A stretch of DNA of 64,000 nucleotides from Felis catus. Taxonomy: Eukaryota. The notes below the pieces were generated by a model. That model was not told where the DNA came from and did no database searches. It saw only the letters and a program-made list of their open reading frames with translations. The translations under genes and the position numbers were made by a program. The first letter of the stretch is position 1. Every line of letters begins with the position of its first letter. Shown in pieces: positions 13,124 through 24,890 of this stretch. The stretch is from the NCBI RefSeq assembly GCF_018350175.1, contig NC_058368.1, positions 176,082,001-176,146,000 of the forward strand, given 5' to 3'.

Positions 13124-13343
13124 GGGGCATCGGGGTGGCTCAGTCGGTTAAGCGTCCGACTTCGGCTCAGGTCACGATCTCCTAGTCCACAAGTTCGAGC
13201 CCCGCATCGGGCTCTGGGCTGATGGCTCAGAGCCTGGAGCCTGCTTCCGATTCTGTGTCTCCCTCTCTCTCTGCCCCTCCTCTTCTCACACTCTGTCTGT
13301 CTGTCTCTCTCTCTCAAAAATGAATAAACATAAAAAATAAAAT
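13124..13343 (+). mobile_element. CAN-SINE (felid type)
   Basis: Typical head, CT tract and tail; TAAAATTAGAG TSD-like flanks. Confidence 0.9.
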
Positions 13344-13742
13344 AAAATTAGAGAAGTATTAAAAAATATGGACAACCCCCCCCCCCACATGCCCATAAAT
13401 AATTTGGTGCATATTTCACTAAGTATTTCTATACATAAAACCAGAGATTACGCACAGTATATTCTTTATGAAACTGGAATAAGATGTGCATTACAGCTGT
13501 TTTTTGTTTTGTTTTGTTTTGTTTTTACCTATCTTGGACGTCTTCCCACGTTACCATAAGCTACTGTATTCTCATCAGTGTTGCCACAGAGTTTTGCTCT
13601 CAGAGCAGTCCCTTGCAGTTGGATGGCACTACACAAGCAGAGCATCCCTGTACCTGTAACTCTGGTCACTGCGGGGGACTGGGGTGGGGGTGGGGGGAGG
13701 TTTCTATATGGCAGATTCTTAAAGAGGTAGAAATGCTGAGTC

Positions 13743-13923
13743 GGGGGCATCTGGTGGCTCAGTCTGTTAAGCACCCGACTCTTGATTTTAGCTCAGGTCA
13801 TGACTCACAGTTCGGTCGGTGAGACTGAGCCCCTGAACCGTCAATGCAGACCCTCCTTGGGATTTTCTCTCTCTCTCCCTCTGCCTCTTCCCCACTTGCA
13901 TGCTCGTTCACTCTCTCTCTCTC

Positions 13924-13952
<29 letters not shown>
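13743..13952 (+). mobile_element. CAN-SINE with long poly(A)
   Basis: Head GGGGCATCTGGTGGCTCAG, CT tract, poly(A). Confidence 0.88.
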
Positions 13953-13954
<2 letters not shown>

Positions 13955-13993
13955 ACTCTGGCACTGAAATTCAGAGTTGTGTTTAGGGTTACC

Positions 13994-14217
13994 TTTTTTT
14001 TTTTTTTTTTTTTAGTTTTTATTTATTTATTTATTTTTGAGAGAGACAGAGCACAAGTAGGGGAGGGGCAGAGAGAGAGGGAGACACAGAATCGGAAGCA
14101 GACTCCAGGCTCTGAGCTGTCAGCACAGAGCCCGATGTGGGGCTTGAACCTACAAACCGTGAGATCATGACCTGAGCTGAAGTTGGTTGTTCAACTGACT
14201 GAGCCACCCAGTGGCCC
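13994..14217 (-). mobile_element. CAN-SINE
   Basis: Poly(T) then reverse-complement SINE body; GGGTTACCTTTT flanks. Confidence 0.9.
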
Positions 14218-17200
14218 TGGGGTTACCTTTTAAAGAAAGAGAAGCCCCCAGGGGTTTCCTGAGTCCCTTCCAATCACTCTGGATGGGGTGAGGCCATTTA
14301 TGTCCTCCCCGATGGGGAGGGAGACTCAGGCCAACATCCTGGAAGACCCAATTATTGGGAATTAATTTGCACCTGGAGCTAAACTCCAGAAGAGTGGATG
14401 GGAGAGGACAGAGGAAATATAGGAGGAAACCAATGAGTCAGGAGGCTTTGGTTGGAATCTTGACTCTATAATTTACTAGCTGTGAGGTCCTGGGCAAGTC
14501 ATTTATCCTCTCTGACCCTCAGTCTTTTCCTCTGAAAAATGAGCGTAACAGTTCAACCTTACAACTACATGAAGAATCCAGCACAAGGCCCGGCACAAAG
14601 CAAGTGCTCAATAATCATTGGTTAAATCAGAATCCTTGAACTTTGGTCTGCAATGAATCTAACAAAGTCTATCTGGGTTGCCAGGGAGGCTACTGGGGCA
14701 GGGGCAACATTGCTGCATGCATTTAGTGGTCAACTGACTGATTGGGCAGCGAGAAATGACTCCGACTGAGCTTGAGCTTGGAATAGGCTGGGTGCTTCAC
14801 TGCCCCAGGAAACAGGTTGTCTCGACAGGACCTGCCATTGTTTTTTGGGTGGAAGCCATGGCGCACGGGCTGGAAATGCAAGTAAAACCACAGCATTGAA
14901 CTCCTGTGGAAGAAAGTCCTTTGGGTTGTGTGGTCCCTTCTTCCTGACATCTTCTCTCTAGCAATTCCGATGCTTCACAGCCTGACTAAAGAGTTGTCTC
15001 TCCGAGAAGCCCACTCCAGTCCACCTCCTACTTTGCATTGCTTCAGCCCACAGGCCTACAGTTTGGACACCCGTGCACACACATGTGCACACACAATGGT
15101 CTTATACTATTTTGTGCTTGCTAAAAGTCCCTGACCATTTTATGTACCTACATCAGGTCTCCCTAACTAAGGTGTAAGCTTCTGGAAGATTAGGCATCTC
15201 CTAATTCTCAGATCCACTAAATATCTTTTTCTGAGTCTATACCATACAACACGTATTTCATCTACACCTTCCCAGTATGATTTAAATGTCAACATGTTCA
15301 ACGTCCAGGTGTGGAAACTAAAGTTCACAGAGGTGAAGTAATTCATCCAAAGTCACAGAGCTTAGCACTCAAGATGTTGGCACTCGATAAATAATTTTGA
15401 ATGATTGGAAGAACGGATGGATGGATGAACAGACAGCAAGTCAGTGGCCGACCCAGGTTTACCTAATTCCAACAAGATCCTTCCATTTGAGCATAAGAGA
15501 GACCCTGGGTTTCAGCACCCTAAGCAGGCAGGCTACAGGCACCCAATCACTGCCAAACATTCCCGCCCAAGCACCGTAGCAGCTGAGCATCCTTGTTCCA
15601 AGACTGAGTGCTGGATTCAGCCACAGGTATGGCTGAACCATGAGGCGTAAGGACCAAAGATTCTCTGCCTTCCTCCCTCCCTCACACCAAGAATGGGTTG
15701 ATGAGCTGAGGTTCCATGGAGAGGATTTAGGTGGGATTCTGTTTTACTAGGACGCACCTGGTTAGCAAGAGGCTCGCCCTCGCCAGGCCACAAGGGGGCA
15801 GCAGCTCAGCATCTCCGGGTACACGCACCCCCACCCCGTGGCCAGTGCTGGGTCAGGAGGCCACCGCTGGGTGAGCAGGTTCCACCAGATGCCCCCGCCC
15901 CCACCCCCGGCCCCCTGTAGCAGGTTCGTTCCTGCACCGGCTGATGGGGTAGGGTAACCACACTGGACTTGCTGAAGAAAACACTAGAATAACCAAAATA
16001 TCAGTGACTGCCATTAGGGGGCAGCTTAAAACAATCACAGCATGTATAGCTTAGCCCTGCGCAGCCCTTACAAAGAATGGGGCCCCTACTGATACGGAAA
16101 GTCCCCAACATACATTGAATGAGAAAAAAGCAAAGTGCTCGACCTGTGCGTAACGCGACCTCATTTGTGTAAGTTTTAAACACGTGCAAATAAGTTTATG
16201 TGTTATTGGTGCGCTAGTCCATGCAAAAGAAAAGTCTTAAAGGAAATCCAAGCAGCTGTTTGAAGGCTGCCTTTGGAAGGAGAGGCTTTACTTTTTCCTT
16301 CCTGCCTTTTCATGCTGTTGGAAGTACTTTTTTGCCATTGGAATGTATTGATTTTTTTTAATTAATGAGGCTGGTCTGGAGACCGGAGTTTGTAGAGACC
16401 TTTTTGTTTGCTTGCTTTTCCCTTTTCACATGCTCTTAATTTTTAACCTAATCAATATGGAGGAGGGCGGCAGTGTAGGGCTTGCTGTGGCCCCGCCTCC
16501 TTGGCACCCACAGTGGGAGGTGGGCAGCTGGCAGAGGTGGGCTCCACAGTGCCCCTCCCTCTCCAGGGCAGGGTGGCAGTCTCCGCCCTGGGGCACAGGG
16601 CCCAGGACACCCGCAGCTACCGGGAAGCTGGCACCATTTGATTTTTGGTGGCCACCTTTGAGGAACCAGGACAGGTCCGCTGGGTACTGAGGGCTTGGTG
16701 CTTGGTACTGCAGTCCCGACCAGGAAAGCCCTCTGGCCTACTGACATAGAAAACAGAGCTTCCCAGCAGGGCCTGGGTAACAGACCTCTGGGAGAATAGC
16801 AGGACCGTGGTCTTGTGAAAGCAACAGGTATCGCCTTGGGATCTGCCAATCCAACCCGGACTCAGGTCAATGTTGCCCAAACAGGTTCATCAGCAGATGG
16901 GCCTGGTCTAATAAAACGGGCAGGGCTTTAGAACCCAACAGATCTGACTTTGAACCTGGCTCCCACATCTGACAGCTAGTTGACTCTAGGCAACAGAGTT
17001 GACCTTTCTGAGCCTCAGTTCTCTCATTTGCAAAAGAGCAGTTCCAAGAGCTTTGCTGTAAAACTCAGCACTGACGTACACAAACCACCTAACAAAAAAT
17101 ATTGTCACATAATAGGCATTTAATTAACGGTGACCATACTCATTATTAATCTCGTTTTTCTTCCTCTAGAAAGGAATCCACCATAAAACTGAATTCCGAA

Positions 17201-18135
17201 AGTCTCCAGCCTGGCAGTCGTCGTCTAACTGCCCCAGGTCCGTCTCTTAACCAGATCAGCGTCTCCTCAAAACTGGAGAGGACGGCCTGTTCTCTCAACT
17301 TCCTAAGTCTGAAACCAAAGCGCCCCTCACTAAAGGCTCAGACCCCGGCTACCAACCCTGCAGTTCCGCGCGTTCTCGCTTGGAGGCAACATTGAGCTTC
17401 AGATTCCAACCTGCGGGGGAGGCGGGTGGGGGGGTGGGGAACCGCTCCTCCCCGTTCTCAATTCCCCAGACCGGAGCACGGACTCAAAACCAGGCTCTAC
17501 TTTCGAAGAGCCATTCTAGAGGCAAAGTAGAAACATGCTACTTCCCTAAAAGTGGTACAAGCTGGTGTCAGAAGATAAAGAGACAAAAAATAAGATGAGG
17601 TCATGGGGAGCTATGTGCACCTTTGCAGACCTAGCTACGGATAATAAAAATTTGCAAGCAATGTCAATGACTGTGATCACTAAGTAAATTATGGCACATC
17701 CACTTGAATGGACGTGTTGAATTCTAATGATGAATAGTACCCAACAACTTGGGACAATTACATAAGCAGAACGAAGATGCGAATTTTGTTCTATATACGG
17801 CAGCCATCTCAAAATTATATATGCTTGTAGGAAAAAGGAAATGGAAATAAATTTTTTAAAAAAGGAATTCCTGAGGTAACAGGACTCTAAGTTACTTTTC
17901 CATATATTCTGTTTTTCATATATTCTCTTTTGCATTCATATTGTTTAGTCCCTTTTTGAATATTCGGGACTCTTAGTGGGTGTCGGTGTAGCAGAATGTG
18001 GCAGAAAACACGCAGATTCCATAATCCCACAGTCCTGCTTCTGGCCCCTGAAGTCACTGGGCGTCCACCGTGGAGGTAATCCTGTGAGTTAAAATACAAA
18101 TGGTCTCGAGAGACTAGCTAGAAAGTGTTCAGCCA

Positions 18136-18362
18136 GGGGCGCCTGGGTGGCTCAGTCGGTTGGGCGGCCGACTTCGGCTCAGGTCATGATCTCGCAGTCC
18201 GTGAGTTCGAGCCCCGCGTCGGGCTCTGTGCTGACAGCTCAGAGCCTGGAGCCTGTTTCGGATTCTGTGTCTCCCTCTCTCTGACCCTCCCCCATTCATG
18301 CTCTGTCTCTCTCTATCTCAAAAATAAATAAACGTTAAAAAAATTAAAAAAAAAAAAAAACA
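18136..18362 (+). mobile_element. Felid SINEC_Fc
   Basis: Full SINE body with poly(A). Confidence 0.92.
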
Positions 18363-21274
18363 AGAAAAGCAGAATTTCAACATGAAGGGAAGAGAATGGA
18401 AGAAAACGGAAGGAGATACTATTCCATAATAATCATCTTTTATTTGAGCAGACCTGGCTTACCTACTGCTCCTGTCATCATCGTAATAATTTGCCATTTA
18501 TTAAGCATTCCTGTTTATTAGGTCCCAAGCAGAACACCGGACACTTCACGCATGTTCTTCCACTGAATGCACTAAACAACCTCATGAGATAGTAGGTGCT
18601 ACTTTCCTCCTTTCATAGATGAAAAATAGACGCTGTGAGAAGCCACTTGCCTGAAGTCACATAGCTTACGAAGGTGTAGGCTTTGAACCAGAGGTGTCCC
18701 TTCCCAAAGCCTGGGCTCCTTCTACCACTCACATAGCCAGAGGATACCCAGCAGGGCTCCATGGGGGGCAGGACCTGGGTTTGGCCTTAAACACCAAGCG
18801 AGGGGGAAAAGGCTGCACAGAGACCCTGTCTTCATCCCCATGGTGACATGAATGAGAGCTATGTGCCAGCAGGTTCTGGGTACCTTTGCTGCTGGGATTA
18901 AAGCGAAGAGTTTGACTGGCGGGAGGCTGTGCAGGGAGGGTGTTCAGAAGATGCTCGTGGGTCCCGGTTTCCACTCTTGGCTCCTTCAGTTGCTCCTTCT
19001 CTCTGGTTTTCCTGCCTCTTAGCATCAGCCGGAGAGAGGACACAGCCCACCGGCCCATGAAGCCAGAGTCTTTCCACTGTGGGAAAGCTCCAAGGTCAAA
19101 CAGCTCAGTTCAAACCCCGTTTGCCTGGAACTCGCGTGAGCAGCGCCTGTGAGGATGGTGTTGGCCAATCTGCAAATGCGCCAAAACATGGGACGTAACC
19201 TGGGTTGGGCTGGGCTGGGTTTTGCCTGACATCTGTATGTAGGACAGAGTCCTAACAAGGGAGGCCCTGCTTCTGTACCTCTTTCACAGATGAGAGAACC
19301 AAAGCTCAGGGACAAGGAGGAACTTTCCCAAGGCCCCTTAGCTGGGAAAGTAGGACAGACTCCAGAGTCCAAGCTCCCAACCACTACAATAGGGTGCCTT
19401 TCACTCTGCCAGGCCGCTTTGATGGTAAAAAGAACAACGACAAAAACGCAGCAACCCCTCTGAGCCTCAGGGTCTTCATCTGTAAAATGGGCTAGAAAAA
19501 ATAATAACACCTAACCTCAGAGGGTTGCTGTGAGAGTAAAACAAGTTAAGGTAAGTAAAGTGACAGCGAGTCTGTGCTCAGTAGATCTGAGTTACTGCTC
19601 TAGAGATCACAGGGCCCGGACGTGAAAAGACCAAAGTGACCTGGTCCGACATCGTGTAACAACTTCCTGTCTCTGCTTCAACTTCCAAGGAGCCATCCTT
19701 GCTTCAGTAGGCAGTTTGTTCTTTCATTAAGACATTCATGATTAGAAACATCGTCCTAATACATTGGGCTAATTCTGGCTCGCACAACATACATCCTCCC
19801 CCAAGTCTACTTCTGCCCTGGAAGAGAGACAGAAGGAAGCCACTCCCCCTCCCACTCGGCAGTGCCTCCAAGCTGAGTGCCTGGGCCCTCAGAGCCCTCC
19901 CCTTACCCCACCAGGCACCCCTCACACTCAGCATCCCTGTCCCTAGAAGCCCATGGCAGGATGCAGGGGTCCAGCTGGGCCCTGCCAGTTCCCTGACCTG
20001 GGCCAATATTAATGCAAAATGGATCCCCTTTTGTTTCACGTTAACAAAATGGGGGGGGGGGGTGGCAGTAGGAGGAAAGACGTGAAAGGTACAAAATTGA
20101 AAACAAAAAGTATAGCTGTGTTTGGAGCTCTTTGTGAAGCGACGAATCTTAGTTTGAGACACTTGTTGATTTCTTAGCGTCTATCCCCACCCTTTCCCCC
20201 GGCCACCCTCATCCTCACAGCTAAAGCTTTCCTGCAATGAGGCCTTTGTCCAGGTGTCTGTTCCAGGGCTTTTGTGCTGTCACTGTCCTATTCTCAGGCA
20301 CTGAGAATAAATGGCGCAGACAGGGCTGGGTTCAAAACACATTTCTGTCCACAAGGCCTGCATCATGTGAGCCAGGCCTGCTTAGAAGCACGAACACCCC
20401 TCCACCGACAGCCATCACAGCCATCACCTGTAGTGTGTCCTCACTGCATCCAGGGGAGGACCTGGCCCTGGGCCAGGGTTGGCGGTTTAAATATCGTTAC
20501 CTCCCAGAGGCTGCAGGGAGCCGGGACCCCTCAGGGAGCTCTCTCCACACCAAAGGATGATGCCACTGGACAGCAGGAAGGACACAATATAGGGCTGCTT
20601 TCTCGTCTCTGAACTTAACTGGAGCTCTTTTGCACGTGTGAAAGTGTTCTGGAAAGTCAGAGCTTTTATTCCAAGCCTGAGCTAAGCGCTTCCCCCATGG
20701 GCACCCATTCTCCGATCTTACCATCTGAGTCCCGGAGCACTGCACTGCAATTTCTTTCCTCATCTAGATCTTTCCCAAACGTGTACTCTCCTTGAGGGTA
20801 GGGGATGCATCTCTCTTATCGTCCCCGATTCCCCAGGACTTAGCATGCTGCCCAGATATAACAGGTGATCAGTAAATATCTGTTGAACGAGTGGATGAAA
20901 TGAATAACTCTTCTTAGCACTTACCACCCGACCCACGTACTATACTCTACACGACGCTGCACAGCCTAATGGAAGGCACATCAGTGGCTCAGTTTCAAAA
21001 TGGCGGAACAAAGTCTTCCTCTTAGAAACCACACAAGGATAAGAAGAAACAGGCACAAACTGCATCTCCAGTGAAGCCAAGAGACACCTGTAGCCCTCAA
21101 CCCCAACATATAAAACCACAGCAACTGAAGGAACGTAAAGGATCCAAGAGGGAAGAAGCATGTCGGACCCGAGGGCTTGCGGGGTTGGGTGGAGGGACAT
21201 CATTTGTTCTCACAGAACTGCCCAAAAGGCTCAGGAATAGGAGGCATCAAGTTCCCACATCGGATAGAGGTAGA

Positions 21275-21400
21275 GGGGCGCCTGGATGGCCCAGTCAGTT
21301 AAGAATCCAACTCTTGATCTCAGCTCACATCTTGATCTCAGGGTCATGAGTTCAGGCCCCATGTCGGGCTCCACCACTGGAAAAAATATATAGAGAGAGA
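21275..21400 (+). mobile_element. Short/partial CAN-SINE
   Basis: tRNA-like head only; AGAGGTAGA flanks. Confidence 0.7.
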
Positions 21401-21462
21401 GAGGTAGAACAGGGAGTGAAAACAGGAATTGTTTGAAAAATCTCTTTAAAGAGTACACAGAG

Positions 21463-21879
21463 TTCACCAACAGATGAATAGATAAACAAAATGTGATATA
21501 TCCATCGGATGGAATATTATTCAGCCATCAAAGGAATGAAGCCCAGATCCAGGCTACAATATGCATGACACTTGAAAGCAATGCTAAGCGAAAGAAACCA
21601 GACACAAAAGATCCCATATTGAATGATTCTATTCATATGAAATGCCCAGAATAGGCAAATCTACAAAGACAGAGAATATTAGTGATTGCCAGAGGCTGGG
21701 GGAAGAGGCAACGGGGAGTGACTGCTGATGTGTACAAGGTTCCTCTTTGGGGTCATGAAAGTGTTCTGGAACTAAAGAGTGGTGATGGTTGGATGACCTT
21801 ATAAATATACTAAAAGCAACTGAATTGTACACTAAAAGATAAATTTTGTGTATGGGAATTATATCTCAACTTTTTAAAA
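21463..21879 (+). mobile_element. L1M(B)-type 3' end fragment
   Basis: Typical L1MB tail motifs; perfect 15-bp TSD AAAGAGTACACAGAG at 21448-21462 and 21880-21894. Confidence 0.85.
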
Positions 21880-21932
21880 AAAGAGTACACAGAGCTTACA
21901 ACCAGTTTCTTCTGATTTAAATATGAACTGAG

Positions 21933-22140
21933 AGGGCACCTGGGTGGCTCAATTGGTTAAGCATCTGACTTCACTTCAGCTTAGGTCATGATCTCACAGT
22001 TCATGGGTTCGATCCCCACTTCAGGGTTTGTGCTGACAGCTGGGAGTCTGGAGCCTGCTTCGGATTCTGTCTGCCTCTCTCTCTGCCCCTCCCGCTCTCT
22101 CTCTCTCTCTCTCTCTCAAAAGCAAACATTAAAAAAATTT
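21933..22140 (+). mobile_element. CAN-SINE
   Basis: SINE body; ATTTAAATAT(G/A)AACT TSD-like flanks. Confidence 0.88.
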
Positions 22141-22199
22141 AAATATAAACTCAGAGGCAAGGACTGCCAGAATCTTGAAAACACTTTGACCATGAAAGA

Positions 22200-23900
22200 C
22201 AGAAACCAAAACATTCAAAGACAATGAAGAAACTCAGAGTTAACAGAGAGGATTCAGAGCTCAAGGACACTTCAAAGAATTCTATTTAATACCCTCTGCT
22301 TCCATGAAAGATACTGTTCTCATGAAACAAGAGCAGCATACTACACAAAAGGAGGGGCTGAAGAACAAGAAATTTCTCAGGGTAATTTTCTTTGTTTTAA
22401 TTATTGCTGAAATAAACAATCCTTCAATAAAAGGATTAGAATTTCTCCCCCAGTAGAAAATTAATGAAATGAGAAAAGGTGAGAAAAGATCAAAAGGAAA
22501 TCAGAGAATCAATTGAGGAAGGCTACAATGAAAATCCAAGTAATAAGCATTCTAGAAACTGAGAGCAAATAAAATGGCAAGGTGGAAATTATCACCAAAA
22601 GAATACAAGAAAATTCCACAAAATCACAAGACACGAGTCTCTAGGTTTTAAAAGCCCTCAAAGTTCCCAGCACAATAAATGATAAAAAAAAAAATAACTG
22701 TACCAAGAAACATCATTTTGGAATTTCAGAACAGTGAGCATAAAGATACTAAAAACATCCATAGAGGAAAAAAAACCAAATCACACATAAAAAGATCAAG
22801 AAATAAAATGGTAGCCAACTTCTCAACAGCTAGAGGAAAATGGAGAAATGACTGCAAAATGTTAAGAGAAATTAATTTCAACCTCTATATCCAACCAAAC
22901 TATAAATCCAATAAAGAGATTAAAAGTTAACACATCTTTGGGGCGCCTGGGTGGCGCAGTCGGTTAAGCGTCCGACTTCAGCCAGGTCACGATCTCGAGG
23001 TCCGGGAGTTCGAGCCCCGCGTCAGGCTCTGGGCTGATGGCTCCGAGCCTGGAGCCCGTTTCCGAATCTGTGTCTCCCTCTCTCTCTGCCCCTCCCCCGT
23101 TCATGCTCTGTCTCTCTCTGTCGCAAAAATAAATAAACGTTGAAAAAAAAATTAAAAAAAAAAAAGTTAACACATCTTAGGCATGCAAGATCTCAAGAAT
23201 TCACCTTTTGTGCATCCTTTCTAAGAAAATTGCTGAAAGGTATTCTCCAAGGAAACAAGGAAGGCAAAGGATTGAGGGGAAAGGAAACCAACATGAGAAA
23301 AAGGCAAACGAATATCCCAGGTAGGAGTGAAAGGAAATACCAGAACGGCCAATAGCTATGTGGAAGGAGGGAGGGCTTGGAGAATACTGTTAAACTGATG
23401 AATTAATTACCTGATAGATGTGACTGCATAGAAAATTATACGGAGAGGTTTACAGAGCTATTGAAGAGCAGGACATGACTGGTTAGGTACTGGAAGAAAA
23501 CTAAGCAAACAAAAAAATTGTACAAGAAAGGAAATTTAACCACAGTAGACTAGCAGATTCAACAGTGAATAATGCTTATAAGGTCACAATCATGTAAATA
23601 CTGAATAAAGCTTTTATAAAATATTGAGATAAACTATATTGGAGGGAAAGGGAATGAGAAGATATAAGTGGGCTAAAAACTTTATCTGCCGTAAAACTGG
23701 AAGTCAAGCAATAATGGTCAAATCAATGAATCAAGAGATACTTATGACTTGTAAATATGGAAGCAAATACAATGATAAATAGTGGAATGGGTTGACAAAT
23801 GTTGTTTCTGGGAGGAGGGGGGCAGCATTAGTTGGATGGACCGGGGCGGGAGGGTGGGGAGGGGTAGATAGAGCAAGATACTTCCGACAAAATTTTTGAA
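22200..23900 (+). mobile_element. Decayed L1-ORF1-only element (HAL1-like)
   Basis: ORF1p C-terminal remnants (VPRNIILEFQN...MVANFSTARGKW...; SQEFTFCASFLRKLLKGILQ) followed by a non-ORF2 tail resembling HAL1. Boundaries approximate. Confidence 0.6.
22940..23161 (+). mobile_element. Young felid SINEC_Fc inserted in the HAL1-like element
   Basis: Perfect TSD AAAAGTTAACACATCTT at 22922-22938 and 23162-23178. Confidence 0.93.
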
Positions 23901-24489
23901 ATTGTCTTAAATGCACGGGTTTTGAAGTCAAGACATTGCCTTGACCTGCTTCTGCCACTTCCAAGCTCCAAGGATGACCTTGAGCGAATGCTTTCCCTTC
24001 GTTGGCCTCAGTTTCTTGTGTTGATCATCCCTAGCTTAGGACACGAGGACACACTGGCTTTGTAGATAGTAAACAAACGAGTAGTTCCTTGTCATTCCCA
24101 CGAATGAGCTGTGTCCTCCGCTGCTTTCGTAGCCCACCTCGCATCCAGCAAAGCAGGTAAAGAGGGTATCGTTTCACAAATCTGCCGAACTGAATAATTG
24201 GCTGTTGCAGCTTATGTTTTGGCTGCTCATGTGAGAGAAGGTATTTCACGGAGGGATAATTACAGGAAAATAGAGATGATTCCATAGTAATAATGCCATC
24301 ACTACCACATCCTTTTAATTGCCCCCACGGTAACAGAGTTTTATGGGTTTGGTGAAAATAAAAGCCTGCCAAACAATCTTGTACAGCCAATAATTTCCAG
24401 TCATTCTTTTTAAGTCAAAGCTCCCCGGCCAGAAGCCACTACTTATCCGCGAGCCTGCTTTTCCCCTCCTTCCTTGAATCACAGAACCC

Positions 24490-24890
24490 CTGCCCTCATC
24501 CAGGCTGCCCGAGCAGAGACCACATTTCCCAGCCTCCTTTGCAGCTGGGGGTGGCCCCCGACCAAGTGCTCGCCAACGACCCTGAGAAGATGTGCTGTGT
24601 GCAACTTCCACATCACTACCTCAAAAGAACACTGTCTGCCTCCCACTTCCTTTCTCTTGCCCCCATCACACAAGCTGGGGCAGGGACATGGGTGGTGACC
24701 AACAAGACAGAAGGAACCTGGAGCCCCAGATGACTTAGTGGAGCTAACTGCCTCCCTGTCCCAGCTACAGAGAGTCCACAGCCCATCCAACACAACCGTT
24801 TACCGTGAGTGCACAGCCCCGGGTGTGACAGAAAACACGAGAGCCGGTTACAGAGGGACTGCTGCTTCTGTTCCACAATCAAGTAGCTAT
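24490..24890. mobile_element. Ancient ERVL-type LTR fragment (LTR16/LTR33-like)
   Basis: gaccacatttcccagcctcctttgcagctggg...gaaggaacctggagccccagatgact pattern. Confidence 0.55.
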
